DNA of 64,000 nt. It comes from Octopus sinensis (lineage: Eukaryota). The position numbers were made by a program, and so were the translations under genes. Shown here piece by piece: positions 63,849 through 64,000 of this stretch; positions within the stretch are counted from its first letter, which is position 1, and every line of letters starts with the position of its first letter. Under the pieces are notes generated by a model, which was given only the letters and a program-made list of their open reading frames with translations, made no database searches and was not told the DNA's origin. The DNA lies in contig NC_043013.1 of the NCBI RefSeq assembly GCF_006345805.1, forward strand, positions 5,704,001-5,768,000, given 5' to 3'.

Positions 63849-64000
63849 TACTGGGTTGTCCGGAAAGTTCGTGCCGATTTTTAAAGGAAAGAAAAAGGTC
63901 AATAAATACATGCGATTACATTTTTAATCAACCAAATATGAACCATTTTGTTGCACAATGTGTCTCCATCTTTCCTTTAACTTGAAAATACCCTCTTCCT
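63849..64000 (-). mobile_element. Mariner transposon 3' end (continues beyond the window)
   Basis: TA plus TIR ctgggttgtccggaaagttcgtgccg; minus strand reads EGIFKLKERWRHIVQQNGSYLVD*. Confidence 0.8.

Overview
This is eukaryotic, AT-rich, repeat-dense genomic DNA; the SINE, RTE and Dong repertoire suggests a cephalopod, probably an octopus (inferred from recalled repeat families, not verified). Two spliced genes can be read directly and face each other. (1) On +, the last six coding exons of a TMEM55/PIP4P PtdIns(4,5)P2 4-phosphatase gene (355-12505), followed by a long 3' UTR. (2) On -, a complete 144-aa Ly6/uPAR (three-finger, quiver/sleepless-like) protein with signal peptide and GPI signal, in three coding exons (47460-47415, 38606-38466, 23501-23254), which the ORF track shows only in fragments. 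Its introns hold an 11-kb 32-bp satellite (the source of the huge ORFs, judged non-coding), a 19-bp minisatellite and a 1-kb GAA tract. The rest is transposable-element sequence: RTE LINEs (one young copy with a PHD finger, one with three C2H2 fingers), Dong/R4 and CR1 fragments, mariner relics, piggyBac-, Kolobok- and pogo-type MITEs, non-autonomous Helitrons, several modular tRNA-SINE families and AT-rich hairpins. A decayed minimal hammerhead ribozyme lies in a TMEM55 intron. No rRNA, true tRNA or CRISPR array is seen.
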